This document shows positions 47,913 to 56,487 of a stretch of 64,000 nt of DNA, piece by piece; position 1 is the stretch's first letter, and every line of letters starts with the position of its first letter. The notes under the pieces are model-generated. The model saw nothing but the letters and a program-made list of their open reading frames with translations, made no database searches and was not told where the DNA came from. Source of the stretch: Alphaproteobacteria bacterium (GTDB lineage Bacteria > Pseudomonadota > Alphaproteobacteria > CAAHEQ01 > UBA3637); assembly GCA_017647405.1 (NCBI GenBank), contig JAGCKR010000018.1, positions 5,056 to 69,055 on the forward strand. The letters run 5' to 3'. The position numbers and the translations under genes are program-made.

Positions 47913-48698
47913 ATGAAACAATATCTTGACCTTTTGGAACATATTATGACAAACGGCGCAGACAAACCAAACCGCACCGGAATTGACACCCGATCGGTTT
48001 TCGGGGCTCAAATGCGATTTGATCTTTCCAAAGGGTTTCCGCTTGTGACCACAAAAAAAGTTCATTTAAAATCCATTATTCACGAACTGATTTGGTTATT
48101 ATCCGGCAACACAAATATTAAATATTTAAAGGATAACAACGTGCGCATTTGGAATGAATGGGCTGATGAAAACGGTGATTTAGGCCCTGTTTATGGCGCT
48201 CAATGGCGCAATTTTAACGGCCAAGGCATTGATCAGATTAAAGATGTTGTGAACCGGCTTAAAACCAACCCGAATGACAGACGCATGATTGTAAGCGCTT
48301 GGAATCCGGCACAAATTGATCAAATGGCGCTTCCGCCTTGCCATGCTTTTTTCCAATTTTACACGGCTAACGGCAAACTTTCTTGCCAACTTTATCAACG
48401 ATCCTGTGATATGTTTTTAGGGGTACCGTTTAATATTGCTTCTTATTCGCTTCTCACGATGATGATGGCGCAAGTGACCGGATTTGAACCAGGCGAATTT
48501 GTTCACACCCTTGGTGATGCGCATATTTATCACAACCATTTTGATCAGGTGAAAGAACAACTTTCTCGCACACCATTTGATTTACCGCAAATGAAAATCA
48601 ATCCGGCTGTTCAAAATATTGATGACTTTAAATATGAAGATTTTGAACTTGTTAATTATGTTTCTCACGGGAAATTGGAAGGCGTTGTTGCCGTTTAA
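47913..48698 (+). CDS. thyA: Thymidylate synthase (ThyA type)
   Basis: [10 protein letters not shown] and [12 protein letters not shown] (catalytic Cys) motifs. Confidence 0.97.
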   Translation: MKQYLDLLEHIMTNGADKPNRTGIDTRSVFGAQMRFDLSKGFPLVTTKKVHLKSIIHELIWLLSGNTNIKYLKDNNVRIWNEWADENGDLGPVYGAQWRNFNGQGIDQIKDVVNRLKTNPNDRRMIVSAWNPAQIDQMALPPCHAFFQFYTANGKLSCQLYQRSCDMFLGVPFNIASYSLLTMMMAQVTGFEPGEFVHTLGDAHIYHNHFDQVKEQLSRTPFDLPQMKINPAVQNIDDFKYEDFELVNYVSHGKLEGVVAV

Positions 48699-48709
48699 GG
48701 AGAAGGAAT

Positions 48710-48904
48710 ATGAAACATATTGTTGCTGCTCTTTTAATTTTAATGATTTTTAAAGCAATTATTTATATCTTTTTTCCAAACGGCGTGAAATTTTTAGCGC
48801 AAAAAATGGCAGATACAGATAATCTTTCTTATAAAATGTATGGGTGGCTGCTTATCTTTATATCTTTAATTATCTGGCTCAGTTATTTAAGATATCAATT
48901 TTAA
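48710..48904 (+). CDS. Small membrane protein (two TM segments)
   Basis: 64-aa ORF with an AGGAGAAGGA SD, immediately after thyA. Confidence 0.5.
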   Translation: MKHIVAALLILMIFKAIIYIFFPNGVKFLAQKMADTDNLSYKMYGWLLIFISLIIWLSYLRYQF

Positions 48905-48917
48905 ACCAATCCCAAAG

Positions 48918-48945
48918 CGCTTCAATTTAAATTGAAGCGTTTTTT
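48918..48945 (+). terminator. Intrinsic terminator of the folA-thyA unit
   Basis: CGCTTCAAT (48918-48926) / ATTGAAGCG (48931-48939), 4-nt loop, T-run. Confidence 0.8.
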
Positions 48946-49015
48946 CTTTCTTGACTTTTATATTTTAAAAGCGTAATTTTAGAAAATATTTTTGATAAAA
49001 TGAAAGAATAAGACT

Positions 49016-49651
49016 ATGGGATATAGAAAAGAAGAAAGATCAGAATATATTGAATTAAGAAACGCCATTCAAGAAAGATTGGAAGAAAAAAATACGGATA
49101 TTTTTCGTGCGATTACAAGAATTGCCCCAATTACACAGATTTTATGCGAAAAGTCAACCGGCACCATCTTTTTAAACAGAAAAGATTTTAAAAAGGTTTA
49201 TCCGGCGCTCCTTTCAGAAGAATTTAAAAAATCAAAAGTAAACCTGATTGTATCGGCCGATGTTTTAAGCTATGAAAAAGAAGAACAAACCAATCCTTTT
49301 TCCTCTTTCTTGGGCGATAAATTCATTCACCTTCAACCGGAAGAAGAACCACGCCTTTCAAAGATTCAACCGCAATCAAAACTTTTTGTTGCTCATCCGG
49401 ATGTTCAATGCGATTCCTTTATGATTTTCAATAATCGAAGCTATATTTTAAAAATTGAGCATGTTGACGATCCTTATTTCAGTTGCTCGCTTAACGCCCC
49501 TTATAAAAAGGACCTGAGCCAAAGACTGGATCTTCTTTCCCAAGTGATGCAAAAAATTAAAACCCTTTCTGTGCCTTTCCAAACATTGAAACAAAATGTT
49601 GCCCACCAAAAAAGGAGTAACCGCTTCGATAACGGAAGACAATATGAGTAA
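49016..49651 (+). CDS. Orphan protein, paralog 1 of a three-gene tandem family
   Basis: Shares FLNRKDFKKVYP..L and SFMIFNNRSYILK...LNA blocks with the next two ORFs. Confidence 0.6.
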   Translation: MGYRKEERSEYIELRNAIQERLEEKNTDIFRAITRIAPITQILCEKSTGTIFLNRKDFKKVYPALLSEEFKKSKVNLIVSADVLSYEKEEQTNPFSSFLGDKFIHLQPEEEPRLSKIQPQSKLFVAHPDVQCDSFMIFNNRSYILKIEHVDDPYFSCSLNAPYKKDLSQRLDLLSQVMQKIKTLSVPFQTLKQNVAHQKRSNRFDNGRQYE

Positions 49652-50351
49652 TATAAAAAAATTAAAATTAAAATGTGAAAACCTGATTAAAGAAATTGAT
49701 GAGTCTATTTTACTGGATACAAATTCAGAACCTTTTGATCATTCAAAATATCTTCAATTAATCACAAAACCGCTTTATTCAGAAAAAGAGGTGATCCATA
49801 TGGTGCAAGGTTCACGTTTAAAAATTTTAATGGATTATTTTTTAAGCAATCCGGAAAATACGGTGGATCTTTTTTTAGATAAAAAAGGGTTTAATGAAAT
49901 GTATCCGAGCTTAAAAGCGATAAAAGGTCATCCCAATCTGCAAGTGATTATTTCTGATGATGTTCTTCAAAATGAGGAAAAAACGTTATTTGAGCACCTG
50001 CCTTTTAAAATAGAGGAAAATTTACAGGATTTATGTCCCAAACGCCTTTCGGATTTTCAATCAACAGAAAATATTTTATTGATTAACACAAAAGGAGTTG
50101 ATCTGCCGTCTTTTGGCATTATTAATGGCTATCACACGTTAACATACAGTCAAGAAGAAAACCATTTTTTAATCCATTTTAATTCGGATAAGAGCCAAGA
50201 AGGAGAAGAACAGTTAACCTTAAAACAAAACATTTTTGACTACTTTAAGGAAGAAATGGCTTATCCTTATCAAAAACAAACGCCTCAACCCATTGTTAAA
50301 AATAAACAACTGCAACAGACTTGTTTAACGCAACATATAAGAGAAGATTAA
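49644..50351 (+). CDS. Orphan protein, paralog 2
   Basis: ATG 49644 overlaps the stop of paralog 1 (ATGAGTAA) and has a GGAAG SD. Shared blocks are FLDKKGFNEMYP and SFGIINGYHTLT...FNS. The track start 49596 is rejected. Confidence 0.6.
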   Translation: MSNIKKLKLKCENLIKEIDESILLDTNSEPFDHSKYLQLITKPLYSEKEVIHMVQGSRLKILMDYFLSNPENTVDLFLDKKGFNEMYPSLKAIKGHPNLQVIISDDVLQNEEKTLFEHLPFKIEENLQDLCPKRLSDFQSTENILLINTKGVDLPSFGIINGYHTLTYSQEENHFLIHFNSDKSQEGEEQLTLKQNIFDYFKEEMAYPYQKQTPQPIVKNKQLQQTCLTQHIRED

Positions 50352-50923
50352 TGGATAACAAACCACTTATTTCAGAAAAAGAATTTATGAAAGGCATTCG
50401 CATTATTTTAAAAGAAAGAATGCCGGAAATTTTTTATTCCAATCAATATCTGGATAAGCCTCTTTTGCTGAATTTTGCCTGTCAATTAACAAGTTCCATC
50501 AAGATTTTTTTAACGGATAAAGATTTGACTCAGAAAAAAGAGTTATTAAAAATGCTGGGCGATAGTTCTCCTCTTGGGAGCAGAAAAATTTTTATTAAAG
50601 AGAAAACAAAATATCCAAAAGATATAACCCCTCTTTTATCAGATTTAGCAAAAAACAAGACTCTTTTTAAAACAAAAGTACCTGTTCCTGTTTCATTTAT
50701 GTTGATTAACGAAGAGCACTATATCTTGAAACATCAAAGAAAAGAAGGATATTTGGTTGCTTTAAATGCCGATAATGATAAAAACTTAAAAGAAACCTTA
50801 AAAACTGCCATTGATGTAATGAAATTAATTGAAGAAAATTCAACACCTTATAGCGAAAAACAGATGGTAACCCGACATAAAAAACCTCTTTCTTTGGATC
50901 AAAATCAAAGGACAAAGGAATAA
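50351..50923 (+). CDS. Orphan protein, paralog 3
   Basis: ATG 50351 overlaps the stop of paralog 2 (TAATG). Shared blocks are FLTDKDL and SFMLINEEHYILK...LNA. Confidence 0.6.
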   Translation: MDNKPLISEKEFMKGIRIILKERMPEIFYSNQYLDKPLLLNFACQLTSSIKIFLTDKDLTQKKELLKMLGDSSPLGSRKIFIKEKTKYPKDITPLLSDLAKNKTLFKTKVPVPVSFMLINEEHYILKHQRKEGYLVALNADNDKNLKETLKTAIDVMKLIEENSTPYSEKQMVTRHKKPLSLDQNQRTKE

Positions 50924-50925
50924 AT

Positions 50926-51375
50926 TTAGCAGGCTTTTAAGATAATGGCTCTTGTTTCAGGGGACATATTGGCATTTTGAAAAGAATCGGAATTTAAAAA
51001 AGGCTCCAAAAAAGTCTGATGTTCTGGTGAAAGAGAAACATTTCCCTCTTTTACCAGAACTTTAAAAGAAAACTGGCGCGTTTTTTTTAAAGATCCCGAT
51101 AAATAATCAAAAGCCCCTAAATAAGAAACAACCTCAGTCATTTCAAGGTTTGTTTCTTCCTTTATCTCTCTTGCAAGCGCTTCAAAAAGAGTTTCCCCTT
51201 CATCCACTGTTCCACTTGGAAGCTCAATGAGACCTCCCATAAAATCATCTGATGCGCGCTCAAGCAACAAAACAGTTTTTTCTTGCCGTTCAATCACAGC
51301 ACCAACAACAATTTTTTGAACACCCTCTTTCTTCGCCTGATGGATTAAATCAGCTATCATTTCTTCATGAATCAT
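50926..51375 (-). CDS. NUDIX hydrolase
   Basis: Nudix box GTVDEGETLFEALAREIKEETNL. Confidence 0.85.
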   Translation of the reverse strand: MIHEEMIADLIHQAKKEGVQKIVVGAVIERQEKTVLLLERASDDFMGGLIELPSGTVDEGETLFEALAREIKEETNLEMTEVVSYLGAFDYLSGSLKKTRQFSFKVLVKEGNVSLSPEHQTFLEPFLNSDSFQNANMSPETRAIILKAC

Positions 51376-51399
51376 TTTACCCTCCTTGATTTTCCTTTT

Positions 51400-51894
51400 T
51401 TAAGAACGCTGACGCTGGTTTGGAAGCAATCGCAAAGTTGCTTGCAACACGCGCTTTTTTGAAGAGTGATGCATATTTTGATGTGGCATAATCTCTTTCA
51501 TAATTGAACCAATTTGCGTGGCCACAAAACTTTGCTCATAAGAAGAAAGCATTTGCCACAAAGATGTTTGCTTATGCTTGGCAGACAACATGGCCGGCGT
51601 TAACCCTTCATTATTTTTAATCAGCGGATTGGGCGAAAAGTTTTGAATCAAATATTCGGCATCAAATTTTTTGGCCGGCATATTATATTCGCCTTCTTGA
51701 ACCGTGTTATACATGCGGATATTGCCATTAACGGCAACCAAATGCAACAACGTATTGCCATTTTTATCTTTCCCATCAACATCACATCCCTTAGCAAGCA
51801 TTTCTTTAATTTTTTCAACTTGCGGTTCAATTTGATGATTGCGCGCATCAATGATTTCTTCAACCAAACTTTCAATTTTTAAATTCATTCTCAT
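51400..51894 (-). CDS. Ankyrin-repeat protein
   Basis: GCDVDGKDKNGNTLLHLVAVNGN and LTPAMLSAKHK segments match the ANK consensus. Confidence 0.75.
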   Translation of the reverse strand: MRMNLKIESLVEEIIDARNHQIEPQVEKIKEMLAKGCDVDGKDKNGNTLLHLVAVNGNIRMYNTVQEGEYNMPAKKFDAEYLIQNFSPNPLIKNNEGLTPAMLSAKHKQTSLWQMLSSYEQSFVATQIGSIMKEIMPHQNMHHSSKKRVLQATLRLLPNQRQRS

Positions 51895-51906
51895 TTTTTG
51901 ATATCC

Positions 51907-53070
51907 TTACTTTAATAATTCATCTGCCAATCCTTCAAGCGCCAAAACATCTTGTGTTTTCATGGCTGATTGAATGGTCACATGATTTTCAATTATATGA
52001 ATGTTTTTTAATGTCCCTATTTTTTCTTTCATGATTTTGCCGGCTAATGGTACCCATGAACCGTTTTCAATAAATCCAACCGTTCGATTTTGATAATTTT
52101 TGCTTTTTAAATGATGCATAAACGTTGCCATATAAGGGAAAACATCTCCATCATATGTGGGGCTGGCCAAAACCATGTGCGAATATCTGAACGCATCTTC
52201 AACGGCTTCTGCCATATCATCGCGCGCTAAATCGCTGATCGCCACCTGCACACCTTTGGCTTCAAGAATTTCTTTTAGTTTCAAAGCAGCTTTGGCCGTG
52301 TTCCCATAAATGGAGGTATAGGCAATAAAAACGCCTTCGGTTTCCGGTCTATAAGAACTCCAAATATCATATTTATTAATATAATGGGAAAGGTTTTCGG
52401 TGAGCATCGGCCCATGAAGCGGAAAAATCTTTTGAATATCAAGTGTTGAGGCCTTTTTTAAAAGCGTTTGAACAGGCGCTCCATATTTGCCGACAATATT
52501 GATATAATAACGACGCGCTTCGCAATCCCAGTCTTCCACCACATCTAACGCTCCGAATTTGCCAAATCCGTCAGCTGAAAAAAGAATCTTTTCTTTTGTT
52601 TCATAAGCCACCATAACTTCCGGCCAATGCACCATCGGTGCCGATACAAAAGTTAAGGTATGTTCCCCTAAAGAAAGGGTTTCACCCTCTTTTACCGAAT
52701 GCATTTTGCCTTCTAATTGAATCCCTTCAAAAAAAGCCTGCATCATCTGAAAGGACTTTGGATTTGAAACAATTTGCGCTGTCGGATACTCTTTTAAAAA
52801 CAAATCAATAGAGCCGGCATGATCAGGCTCCATATGCAAAACAACCAAATAATCAGGCCGTTTCCCATTTAAAACAGTTTTTAAATTTGAAAGCCATTCC
52901 TTGCCTTTATGGGCATCCACCGTGTCCATCACAGCTGTTTTTTCATCCATAATCACATAAGAATTATATGAAATGCCGTTTGGAACAACATATTGCCCTT
53001 CAAAAAGATCTATCTCTTTATCATCCACTCCGATATAATAAATATTTTTTGTTAATTCTTTATTTTTCAT
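51907..53070 (-). CDS. Flavodiiron protein (FprA-type; metallo-beta-lactamase-like plus flavodoxin-like domains)
   Basis: Diiron ligand motif HMEPDHAG (H-x-E-x-D-H) and flavodoxin-like VFIAYTSIYGNTAKAA in the C-terminal third. Confidence 0.85.
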   Translation of the reverse strand: MKNKELTKNIYYIGVDDKEIDLFEGQYVVPNGISYNSYVIMDEKTAVMDTVDAHKGKEWLSNLKTVLNGKRPDYLVVLHMEPDHAGSIDLFLKEYPTAQIVSNPKSFQMMQAFFEGIQLEGKMHSVKEGETLSLGEHTLTFVSAPMVHWPEVMVAYETKEKILFSADGFGKFGALDVVEDWDCEARRYYINIVGKYGAPVQTLLKKASTLDIQKIFPLHGPMLTENLSHYINKYDIWSSYRPETEGVFIAYTSIYGNTAKAALKLKEILEAKGVQVAISDLARDDMAEAVEDAFRYSHMVLASPTYDGDVFPYMATFMHHLKSKNYQNRTVGFIENGSWVPLAGKIMKEKIGTLKNIHIIENHVTIQSAMKTQDVLALEGLADELLK

Positions 53071-53170
53071 TTACCGTTTCTTCCTTTTTTATTATTTTTC
53101 TTTGAGCATAGCAAAAAACATTCTTCTTTTCAAGTAAAGAAACTTTTTTTGAGTTTTAAAAAAAAACCTA

Positions 53171-53199
53171 TTGACAAAAAAAATAAAAAAATTTATTTT
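53171..53199 (+). promoter_or_regulatory. Putative promoter (leader module 1)
   Basis: TTGACA (53171-53176), 17 nt, TATTTT (53194-53199). Confidence 0.4.
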
Positions 53200-53205
53200 A
53201 AATGC

Positions 53206-53286
53206 ATGACGAAAAAAATTTACATTATTATGATTAACATGTTTGCCTTTTTGTTTATTAAACAAAGAGGGGCTGTTTATTTATAA
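53206..53286 (+). CDS. Possible leaderless 26-codon hydrophobic sORF MTKKIYIIMINMFAFLFIKQRGAVYL
   Basis: The ATG begins 7 nt after the -10 hexamer and there is no SD. The composition could simply reflect AT-richness. Confidence 0.25.
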   Translation: MTKKIYIIMINMFAFLFIKQRGAVYL

Positions 53287-53319
53287 TAAAAAGAAATTTT
53301 TAAATTAAATCAAGAACAG

Positions 53320-53349
53320 CTCTTTTCAATTTAGAAAAGAGTTTTTTTT
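53320..53349 (+). terminator. Intrinsic terminator 20 nt upstream of the 556-aa gene
   Basis: CTCTTTTC (53320-53327) / GAAAAGAG (53334-53341), 6-nt loop, T8. Confidence 0.65.
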
Positions 53350-53368
53350 ATAACATAAAAGGAAAAAA

Positions 53369-55039
53369 ATGACACTGAACACATTAGAACTCAAAAACCT
53401 CTTAACCGCCCTTCCCGCTTTAAAAAAAATATATAATGCCGGCACCTTGCTTGATTATTTTCAAAAAGAAATCAGTGACTTTCTTTTGCAAACAAATAAA
53501 CAAACGCCGGATACAAGCATTCTTTTAGAAACAATTTATGAAGAAGTTACAAGACTTTATGACAAGAATATTGCCAAAGACGTTGTGGAACAACTGACTT
53601 ATCTTCCCATTATGGAAACAGGCACACATCTTGCTTTTTTAAGAGATTATGATTCCCCTAAAAAGGATGAAACAAGATCTTTATTGAATCAAAATATTTT
53701 GATTTCAGGGGCATTAATGAAAAAAGCCGGCGCAAAATACCATATTGGTTTTTATGGTTCAAATGTTTCACTTATTCATCCTTGCGGTGGTGGATATTAT
53801 CAGTTGGGGGATACGCTGTTTCCCGTTTCAAATAATAATAAAATCCGTAAAAACATTCTTTATCAAACAGATCGCATCAGTAATGAATATTTTAATGAAA
53901 CGGTTTTGATTTCAGCCAAACTTAATCTGCTTGATAAAACATTAGATACTATTTTAAAACAAAAAGACTGCCCTCATAAAGAAAAATATGAAGTTGCAAA
54001 AAAAATTGTGACGCATTTAACGGCTGCCAATGATTTAAAAACATTGCAAACATCTTATGCTTCTTTGAAACAAGGAAAGAAACAATTAATTGAAGAAACG
54101 TTAAAAGAATTAAATGGTGTCACAAAAAAAATATCCGGTCTGTCATTTGACGATGTTGACGAGGAATATCAATCTTTAAAAGCCGTTTTTGAAAGAGATG
54201 ATTTAAAAACGCTGTCCGATCAAACAGCTATTTACCAAACAGCCACATTAAATCGGATATTTAAGAATACAGGGATTTTACACTTAACAGTTGATGGAAC
54301 GGATATTTCCAGAAAATTCTTAATCAAAGCCCTTCAAGATGAAAATTCTTTATGGTCAAAAATCTTTTCCAACCCGCAAACATTCAATCAATTCCAAAAA
54401 GCTTTATCCGGCATCAGAGCGGCTTGGAAAGAAGATGAGTCTCCTTTCATCGGCACCATCAAAGAAAAAGGATTAACCAAAAGTTTTCCTGTTAAACTTG
54501 AAAAACTTTCGCATGATAAAGAAACATTAATTGAGCTTTTGAAAAGCAAACAAATTGTGCCTTCAAGTGCGATGACCTGTCTCATTGCGCAAAGCGCCAA
54601 TATTTTGGCTCACGGCGGATTCTTTCAATCCACCTATGCTGAAAAAATGAAACAAGCTTTTCAAGGGTTTTTAACTCAAATCAACGAACAATCTTTAACG
54701 AAAAAGTTGGATCACATGCCGGTTGATTTGATGTTTTTAAGTTTAGGCGTTATTGCCGAAACCAAAACAAAAAAACCACTCAAACTTTCCGAAATTTCAA
54801 AATTACCGAGCGACAGATTAGCGCATATTATTCAGGCAATCCCGCATATCGGTGCTGCTAAATCCGTGTTAGCAACCGCCGGTATTTTAAACACTTATCT
54901 GAATGAAACCGCTCCCGGTTATATTGAAGGAGAAGTGTTAAAGAATCAATCCATTCAAAAAGAAACCATTGCGACACATCGTAATTACTATCATCCGGAA
55001 TTCAACAAATTTGTTCACATGCATGAAGGACATTGCTAA
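53369..55039 (+). CDS. Orphan 556-aa protein
   Basis: Long ORF with an AAAGGAAAAA SD. No domain recognised. It overlaps the downstream dipeptidase gene by 7 nt. Confidence 0.7.
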   Translation: MTLNTLELKNLLTALPALKKIYNAGTLLDYFQKEISDFLLQTNKQTPDTSILLETIYEEVTRLYDKNIAKDVVEQLTYLPIMETGTHLAFLRDYDSPKKDETRSLLNQNILISGALMKKAGAKYHIGFYGSNVSLIHPCGGGYYQLGDTLFPVSNNNKIRKNILYQTDRISNEYFNETVLISAKLNLLDKTLDTILKQKDCPHKEKYEVAKKIVTHLTAANDLKTLQTSYASLKQGKKQLIEETLKELNGVTKKISGLSFDDVDEEYQSLKAVFERDDLKTLSDQTAIYQTATLNRIFKNTGILHLTVDGTDISRKFLIKALQDENSLWSKIFSNPQTFNQFQKALSGIRAAWKEDESPFIGTIKEKGLTKSFPVKLEKLSHDKETLIELLKSKQIVPSSAMTCLIAQSANILAHGGFFQSTYAEKMKQAFQGFLTQINEQSLTKKLDHMPVDLMFLSLGVIAETKTKKPLKLSEISKLPSDRLAHIIQAIPHIGAAKSVLATAGILNTYLNETAPGYIEGEVLKNQSIQKETIATHRNYYHPEFNKFVHMHEGHC

Positions 55040-55653
55040 TGATTTTAAAAAGAATTCAAACACCACATATTGTTTCAAATTTGTTTTATACAACAACACA
55101 CAATGCCTTTTATAAAGACATGTATTCCGACTTTGGATTGAAAGAGGCGCTGGTTCATCCGGAACTTTATGAAAAATTGATAAAATTGGAGCCTAAACTC
55201 AAAGAATTGGGGCTTAAACTCGTTATTTATGATGCTTTTCGCCCACTCGAAGTTCAAAAATTTATGTTTGAAACAGCGCCTTCATACTTAAAACCTTATA
55301 TTGCACCACCGCCAGAAGAAACATCTCGCCGTGGCTTTCATCCCAGAGGCGTTGCCATTGACTGTTATTTAACAGACATGAATGGAAATGAACTTGAATT
55401 TCCAACTAAGCCGGATGCTTTTTATGTTGGATATGAAAAAGATCCAAATTTTCAAAACTATCTTAAAAAATGTCACCGCGATTATAAAGGGGAAGATGTA
55501 TCTTCAGAAGCATTAAAAAATAAAGAGTTACTTGAAAACTTAATGCTTGAAATTGATTTAGAACCCCTTCCCCATGAATGGTGGCACTTTAATTTAAAAG
55601 AAGCATGGACTTATCCACTCATCCGATCATTGAAAAATGTGACAATCGAATAA
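55033..55653 (+). CDS. D-alanyl-D-alanine dipeptidase (VanX/DdpX, peptidase M15D)
   Basis: YDAFRP...VQ, GFHPRGVAIDCY (zinc ligands His/Asp) and HEWWHF motifs. Confidence 0.85.
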   Translation: MLMILKRIQTPHIVSNLFYTTTHNAFYKDMYSDFGLKEALVHPELYEKLIKLEPKLKELGLKLVIYDAFRPLEVQKFMFETAPSYLKPYIAPPPEETSRRGFHPRGVAIDCYLTDMNGNELEFPTKPDAFYVGYEKDPNFQNYLKKCHRDYKGEDVSSEALKNKELLENLMLEIDLEPLPHEWWHFNLKEAWTYPLIRSLKNVTIE

Positions 55654-55660
55654 AAAGGTC

Positions 55661-55689
55661 TTGACAACTTATTTTAAAAGGCGTATTTT
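55661..55689 (+). promoter_or_regulatory. Putative promoter (leader module 2)
   Basis: TTGACA (55661-55666), 17 nt, TATTTT (55684-55689). The hexamers and spacing are the same as in module 1. Confidence 0.45.
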
Positions 55690-55695
55690 AATCAT

Positions 55696-55758
55696 ATGAT
55701 AACAAAAACGATAAACTTTTTTGGTTTTTATTTCTTCTCTTTTTACTTTAGAAAGTAA
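55696..55758 (+). CDS. Possible leaderless 20-codon Phe/Tyr-rich sORF MITKTINFFGFYFFSFYFRK
   Basis: The ATG begins 7 nt after the -10. 7 Phe and 2 Tyr in 20 codons. The 3' end lies in an AU-rich hairpin followed by a T-run. Confidence 0.3.
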   Translation: MITKTINFFGFYFFSFYFRK

Positions 55759-55807
55759 AAGGAGCGTTTTTTGTTAGCAAATTAATTTTAACAGATTCAA
55801 ACAGAAA

Positions 55808-55839
55808 ACAGCTCTTTAAATAAAGGAGCTGTTTTTTTT
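55808..55839 (+). terminator. Intrinsic terminator 17 nt upstream of the 138-aa gene
   Basis: ACAGCTC (55808-55814) / GAGCTGT (55826-55832), T8. Confidence 0.7.
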
Positions 55840-55855
55840 ATTAAAGGCAAAAAAA

Positions 55856-56272
55856 ATGACAGAGAAAACATACCTTGAAAAAACAAACCGCTTAGACACT
55901 CTTTTAAAATCGCAAAACGTATATGATTACATGCTTGATTTAATGGGCATACGGGTTAAAAATATGCTTCCCAAAGAAGAAAGCATCAGAAAAAAGTATG
56001 ATACCGCCAGATTAAATGCAAGCACAGAAAAAAGCTACAACCATCTTTTGGCTCAAGAAAAAAACGAATTAACGGATCTTTTAAAAAATAACAGACTTGT
56101 AAAACACTATGCTCTTTTAAAAGTGACCACCGACTATGGCACCCATGCTTGCATAAAAGATCTAGATGAAAATTTGAAAAAACTGGATATGCCAAAACCA
56201 TATAGTTCTTTGATTTCTCACAATAAAATTAAAATTCCGGCTGATAAAATCCGCGTGCTTGTTTATTGCTAA
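55856..56272 (+). CDS. Orphan 138-aa protein
   Basis: ORF in an otherwise empty interval; no domain recognised. Confidence 0.55.
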   Translation: MTEKTYLEKTNRLDTLLKSQNVYDYMLDLMGIRVKNMLPKEESIRKKYDTARLNASTEKSYNHLLAQEKNELTDLLKNNRLVKHYALLKVTTDYGTHACIKDLDENLKKLDMPKPYSSLISHNKIKIPADKIRVLVYC

Positions 56273-56281
56273 AAAAAGGAG

Positions 56282-56310
56282 TTGACAAGCTTTTTGCAAT
56301 CTGTTAGAAT
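56282..56310 (+). promoter_or_regulatory. Near-consensus promoter (leader module 3)
   Basis: TTGACA (56282-56287), 17 nt, TAGAAT (56305-56310). Confidence 0.55.
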
Positions 56311-56338
56311 TGCCTTAATTATTAACAAAGGGATATCA

Positions 56339-56410
56339 ATGTTTATATCAACAATAAAAGCTCTTAAACAATCTAAACGTGAGGAATATTTCTCCCGTAT
56401 TGATGTTTGA
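56339..56410 (+). CDS. 23-codon sORF MFISTIKALKQSKREEYFSRIDV
   Basis: AGGGA SD (56329-56333) lies 5 nt before the ATG. A terminator follows. Confidence 0.4.
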   Translation: MFISTIKALKQSKREEYFSRIDV

Positions 56411-56436
56411 TATCCATACAAAAAGCAAAATCAGAA

Positions 56437-56467
56437 ACGGGACCAATCAAAAGGCCCCGTTTTTTTT
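56437..56467 (+). terminator. Intrinsic terminator 21 nt upstream of the GNAT-like gene
   Basis: ACGGGACC (56437-56444) / GGCCCCGT (53-60) with one mismatch, 8-nt loop, T8. Confidence 0.75.
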
Positions 56468-56487
56468 ATTATAAAGAAAGGAAAAAG

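Noticed and set aside
53206-53286. Reading the Ile-rich sORF MTKKIYIIMINMFAFLFIKQRGAVYL as an ilv-type amino-acid attenuator or a type I toxin.
   Set aside because: Ile/Phe/Lys/Asn richness is what random AT-rich sequence encodes. The downstream gene has no link to branched-chain amino acids and no antisense RNA partner is evident. I keep it only as part of the leader-module observation.
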